A DNA stretch of 64,000 bases from an uncultured virus (IMG/VR IMGVR_UViG_3300028797_000012) (Duplodnaviria; Heunggongvirae; Uroviricota; Caudoviricetes), in IMG/VR virus record IMGVR_UViG_3300028797_000012; one strand, written 5' to 3'. A program made the translations under genes and the position numbers. How positions within the stretch are numbered: position 1 is the stretch's first letter; each line of letters starts with the position of its first letter. This document shows positions 60,834-64,000 of this stretch, in pieces. The notes beneath the pieces were generated by a model. The model was not told the DNA's origin. It searched no databases and saw nothing but the letters and a program-made list of their open reading frames with translations.

Positions 60834-62276
60834 ATGGCGGTCAGCAAGGGCCAAATCGCCGCTGACATCCACCGCCGCATGGTCGAGGACGAGCGCTTCG
60901 GGTACTCCTGGGAGGAGCGCTGGGGCTCGAAGGACGAGAAGTGGACCGTCGACGGCGTGTCGTTCACGATGAGCGTCGGCGACTACGACTGCTCGTCGAG
61001 CTCCATCACCGCATGGAAGAAGGCGCTCACGGGCACCAAGTACGCGAGGGTGCTCGACGGGGCGTCGTACACCGGCAACATGCGCGAGGTCTTCGTAAGG
61101 TCCGGCCTGTTCGAGTGGAAGCCCATCAGCTTCATAGCAAGCCCCGGCGACCTCTACCTCAGCGAATCCAACCACGTGGCGATCTGCCAGCGCCAAGTGC
61201 CAGACGAGCTTTCAGAGTTCAGCTGGGGAGACAACGGCGCGTACGGCAACAGGCGCGGCGACCAGAGCGGCTTCGAGTCGCGGGTGAACCCGTACTACGA
61301 CTACGAGCCCGATGGCTGGGACGGCATCCTGCACTACAACGGCAAGGCGGACGAGAAGTCCACCTCCTCGAAGGGGTCCACCTCACACAACACCGCCGAG
61401 AAGCGGCTCTACGGCATCGACGTGTCGAGCAACCAGCCGGAGCGCGTCGTCTCGATGGTGCCGAACGACTTCGCCATCGTGAAGATGTCGGGCAACCCGC
61501 CGGAGGACTGGCAGGGGAGGAAGCTGTCGTGGAACTTCGTCAACCCGTTCGCGAAGCAGCAGGCCGCCGATGCCGTCAAGAAGCACGGCCTGCTCGGGTT
61601 CTACCACTTCACGTACGGCATCCAGGCCGCGACCGAGGCGGAGTTCTTCGTCGAGCAGGTGAGGAAGCTCGGGTACCTCGGCAAGGCGATGCTCGTCATC
61701 GACTACGAGGACGCAGCGCTGTCAAGGGGTCAGACCTGGGTTAATGCGTTCGCCAAGAAGGTCGAGCAGCTCGCCGGTTACAAGCCCGTCATCTACGCGC
61801 AGGGGTCGGCGGTCACGGGCCAGAACCTCTTCAGCCTTGGGTACCCGGTCTGGTGCGCCAACTACAGCAGGGGCTATCAGCCGATATACGGGTACGACAC
61901 GTCGGGTTGTACCATCTGGCGCGGCTGCGAGAAGTCTGCCATGTGGCAGTACACCTCCGAGGGCTACCTCAACGGCTACGGCGGCGCCCTGGACTGCAAC
62001 GTGTTCTTCGGGACGGCCGACGACTTCAGGGCGCTCATGGGGCCGAAGGCCCACAGCCACAGGTACCGCATCGTCAAGGCCGTGTACGCGCGCACCCAGC
62101 GCAAGATGGGCCGCAAGTACATCGTGGGCCAGCTCAAGAAGGGCGAGGTCGTGGAGCTGTCCATGGTCAAGAAGGCCGACGACGGCATCACCTGGGCGCA
62201 CATCTGCGACGGCAAGTTCGAGGGCAACGTGCTGGCGGTGGACTTCCGCGGCGACGTGAGGGCCAAGCGAATGTGA
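60834..62276 (+). CDS. Endolysin: Cys/His peptidase-amidase-like domain + GH25 muramidase + SH3-like tail
   Basis: DYDCSS...YTGNM...GD...HVA; GIDVS..Q, GFYHF, IDYE, WQYTS, LDCN. Confidence 0.92.
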   Translation: MAVSKGQIAADIHRRMVEDERFGYSWEERWGSKDEKWTVDGVSFTMSVGDYDCSSSSITAWKKALTGTKYARVLDGASYTGNMREVFVRSGLFEWKPISFIASPGDLYLSESNHVAICQRQVPDELSEFSWGDNGAYGNRRGDQSGFESRVNPYYDYEPDGWDGILHYNGKADEKSTSSKGSTSHNTAEKRLYGIDVSSNQPERVVSMVPNDFAIVKMSGNPPEDWQGRKLSWNFVNPFAKQQAADAVKKHGLLGFYHFTYGIQAATEAEFFVEQVRKLGYLGKAMLVIDYEDAALSRGQTWVNAFAKKVEQLAGYKPVIYAQGSAVTGQNLFSLGYPVWCANYSRGYQPIYGYDTSGCTIWRGCEKSAMWQYTSEGYLNGYGGALDCNVFFGTADDFRALMGPKAHSHRYRIVKAVYARTQRKMGRKYIVGQLKKGEVVELSMVKKADDGITWAHICDGKFEGNVLAVDFRGDVRAKRM

Positions 62277-62351
62277 TACAATGCCACGTGCGGCAAGCAT
62301 TCGTCTTCGAGGAGGTGCGTCATGTCATAGCAGCCTAGAGATTGGAGAGCT

Positions 62352-62630
62352 ATGACAAGATCGCGCAAGAAGACCCCGTGCTGCCATTGCGCGGGGCACG
62401 ACGGCTCGTGGAAGGCGATCTACAACCGCCGCCTACGCCGAATGTCCAACGTGGACATGGAGAACGGTGTGTCCACCATCCCGGACGGCATGTACTACAG
62501 GCGGCTCAACTGCCCGTGGAACATCTCAGACCTCAAGGTCACGCACGTGACGTTCGCCGATTACTACGACCCTTGCAATGACGAGGCCAAGGAGCTCAAC
62601 CTGTACCAGCGTTTTTACATCCGCAAGTGA
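62352..62630 (+). CDS. Hypothetical basic protein
   Basis: GGAG RBS. Confidence 0.65.
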   Translation: MTRSRKKTPCCHCAGHDGSWKAIYNRRLRRMSNVDMENGVSTIPDGMYYRRLNCPWNISDLKVTHVTFADYYDPCNDEAKELNLYQRFYIRK

Positions 62631-62775
62631 TATAATTGGCACAGGACATCCTGCCCGATGCCCTAACGGCCCCGCAGGGCCACGGCTCATAGCTTTGTGC
62701 CAGAAAACGAAGCCCTCTTGGACGGCTGCGGAAACGTCCATGCGCATAACAAGTCTTCATTATATAAGGACAAAA

Positions 62776-63327
62776 ATGAGCCAGTTTAAGCATGGAACAG
62801 TTGTATACGATGGTGTTGACTATGCGCGAGGTATTATTAACGGTCGCGCTGTTTTATACCCGTTAGATAACGGGAAGATGAAAAGCAAGCAAAAGTTTAT
62901 CTACGAGCATAGGCTTGTCTATGAAATTACCCATAACGAAAAACTAGAGAAGAACGAAATTGTCCATCACATTAATGGTGACAAAACAGATAATAGTCCA
63001 GAAAACTTAATTAAGATGGACGCAAGACAACATATCAGCATGCACTTGCAGGAGAGAAATGTAAGCGGCATGCATAAAACCGATCCGACTTACTGTATTG
63101 ATTGCGGGAAAAAAATAACTTACATATCTAAAAGGTGTCCCGAATGTGCTCAAAAAGCAAGAATGATTCCAGGGCACCCCACAAAAGAACAGCTTGAAGA
63201 AATGTTACTCACTATGAATAACAGCCAAATTGCAAGACATTTTAATGTTTCTGATACTGCGGTGAGGAAATGGCGAAAACGCTACGGATTGCCTCCTGCA
63301 AGAAAAGCAAAGCGGTTAGTTAGTTAA
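62776..63327 (+). CDS. HNH homing endonuclease with zinc finger and C-terminal HTH
   Basis: YEHRLV...VHHINGDKTDN...NL; CIDCG..RCPEC; IARHFNVSDTAVRKW; clearly AT-rich. Confidence 0.9.
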   Translation: MSQFKHGTVVYDGVDYARGIINGRAVLYPLDNGKMKSKQKFIYEHRLVYEITHNEKLEKNEIVHHINGDKTDNSPENLIKMDARQHISMHLQERNVSGMHKTDPTYCIDCGKKITYISKRCPECAQKARMIPGHPTKEQLEEMLLTMNNSQIARHFNVSDTAVRKWRKRYGLPPARKAKRLVS

Positions 63328-63361
63328 CTGCACGCGGGTTCGAATCCCGTCTCCGCGACCA
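63312..63361 (+). tRNA. tRNA 3' half (long variable arm, T-arm, acceptor strand, CCA); no 5' half found
   Basis: GCGGG-TTCGAAT-CCCGT-CTCCGCG-A-CCA. Confidence 0.6.
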
Positions 63362-63362
63362 T

Positions 63363-63452
63363 GGAAGATTGGCAGAGTGGACGAATGCGGGCGGGTGCTA
63401 ACCGTCTGGGCGCCGAAACGCCCCGGAGGTTCGAATCCTCCATCTTCCGCCA
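63363..63452 (+). tRNA. tRNA-Ser(GCT)
   Basis: GGAAGAT/ATCTTCC acceptor stem, anticodon loop GTGCTAA, long variable arm, TTCGAAT, G73, CCA. Confidence 0.9.
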
Positions 63453-63488
63453 GGGAACAACCCGCGGACCTTCGGGTGGCCGCGGGAA

Positions 63489-63521
63489 CGCCCGTCGGGC
63501 TTCGGCTCGGCGGGCGCTTTT
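63489..63521 (+). terminator. Intrinsic terminator after the tRNAs
   Basis: CGCCCGTCGGGC-TTCG-GCTCGGCGGGCG then C-TTTT. Confidence 0.8.
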
Positions 63522-63536
63522 ACGTCGTCCAGGGGT

Positions 63537-63770
63537 GGTCACATCTGGTCACATCTCAGGGGTTCTCAGGGGGTCTCAGAGATACTAGATGTTGAAAAAA
63601 GTCGAGATGAACGGCGTTCTGACCTGGTGTTATATACAGCCATGCCAAACTCTTAATCCCAAGGTCCGGGGTTCGAGTCCCCGCCGGTCCACCACTTCTG
63701 AACTGCGAAAACGTCCGAATGTCGGGCGTTTTTCTCATATACGCCCGGTCACATCCGGTCACATCTCAGA
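63537..63770. other. attP: attP: tRNA-Lys(CTT) 3'-half core (63649-63694) with arm-type repeats
   Basis: ACTCTTAATC...GGTTCGAGTCC...CCACCA; GGTCACATC pairs at 63537/63547 and 63747/63757. Confidence 0.85.
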
Positions 63771-64000
63771 GGGCTTCACGGCGTCTCGGAGCACGACGCG
63801 CTCAGACACGGCGTCGTCGAGGGCCCTTGCGTTGGCGAGGTGCGCGGGCGCGTTCGCCGCGAAGTAGTGGTTGTAGTCCACTTGCAGGTTGGTGTGCCCG
63901 AGCGACTTCGATATGAGCGAGTCGGACGCGCCGATGCCCTGCATGATGGTGGCGTAGCTGTTGCGCAGGTTCTTCATGGGCACGTACTTGGCGTCCTTGC
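63759..64000 (-). CDS. int: Tyrosine integrase, C-terminal part (runs off the window)
   Basis: KNLRNSYAT...LGH......HY box II; adjacent to attP. Confidence 0.88.
   Translation of the reverse strand, partial: KDAKYVPMKNLRNSYATIMQGIGASDSLISKSLGHTNLQVDYNHYFAANAPAHLANARALDDAVSERVVLRDAVKPSEM

Noticed and set aside
62637..63361. Group I intron or tmRNA around the HNH gene
   Set aside because: No recognisable P7 (R/S) elements, no 5' tRNA exon, and the acceptor lacks the Ala-type tmRNA end
63649..63694. Functional tRNA-Lys gene
   Set aside because: The 5' half (acceptor and D-arm) is absent; better explained as the attP core

Overview
Nearly all of this window is a high-GC temperate siphovirus genome. 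The host is probably Actinomycetota, possibly Coriobacteriia; this is inferred, not shown. An unsplit attP (tRNA-Lys 3' half with arm repeats on both sides, next to a tyrosine integrase) points to the free or circular form. Layout: (1) 1-7.8 kb, small + strand genes including thyX and several Lar-like zinc-finger proteins; (2) 7.9-9.7 kb, an insert with a chimeric restriction endonuclease/methyltransferase ORF; (3) 9.7-24.3 kb, a minus-strand block of about 30 mostly small genes with repeated leader hairpins and an amidoligase + class II glutamine amidotransferase pair; (4) 21.6-22.9 kb, a ~1.3 kb non-coding, heavily base-paired region with ~15 hairpins that share a 7-nt loop but differ in their stems (the most unusual element seen); (5) an operator/HTH switch, a ~700 bp nearly T-free GCGAGC tract and a probable cos region; (6) HNH-terS, a TagF-like/GT8/GT2 glycan cassette, terL, HK97-type head, tail, large fibre genes, holin and endolysin; (7) a low-GC HNH homing endonuclease, tRNA-Ser(GCT), tRNA halves, attP and the integrase 3' end. 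All calls come from reading motifs by eye; no searches were run.
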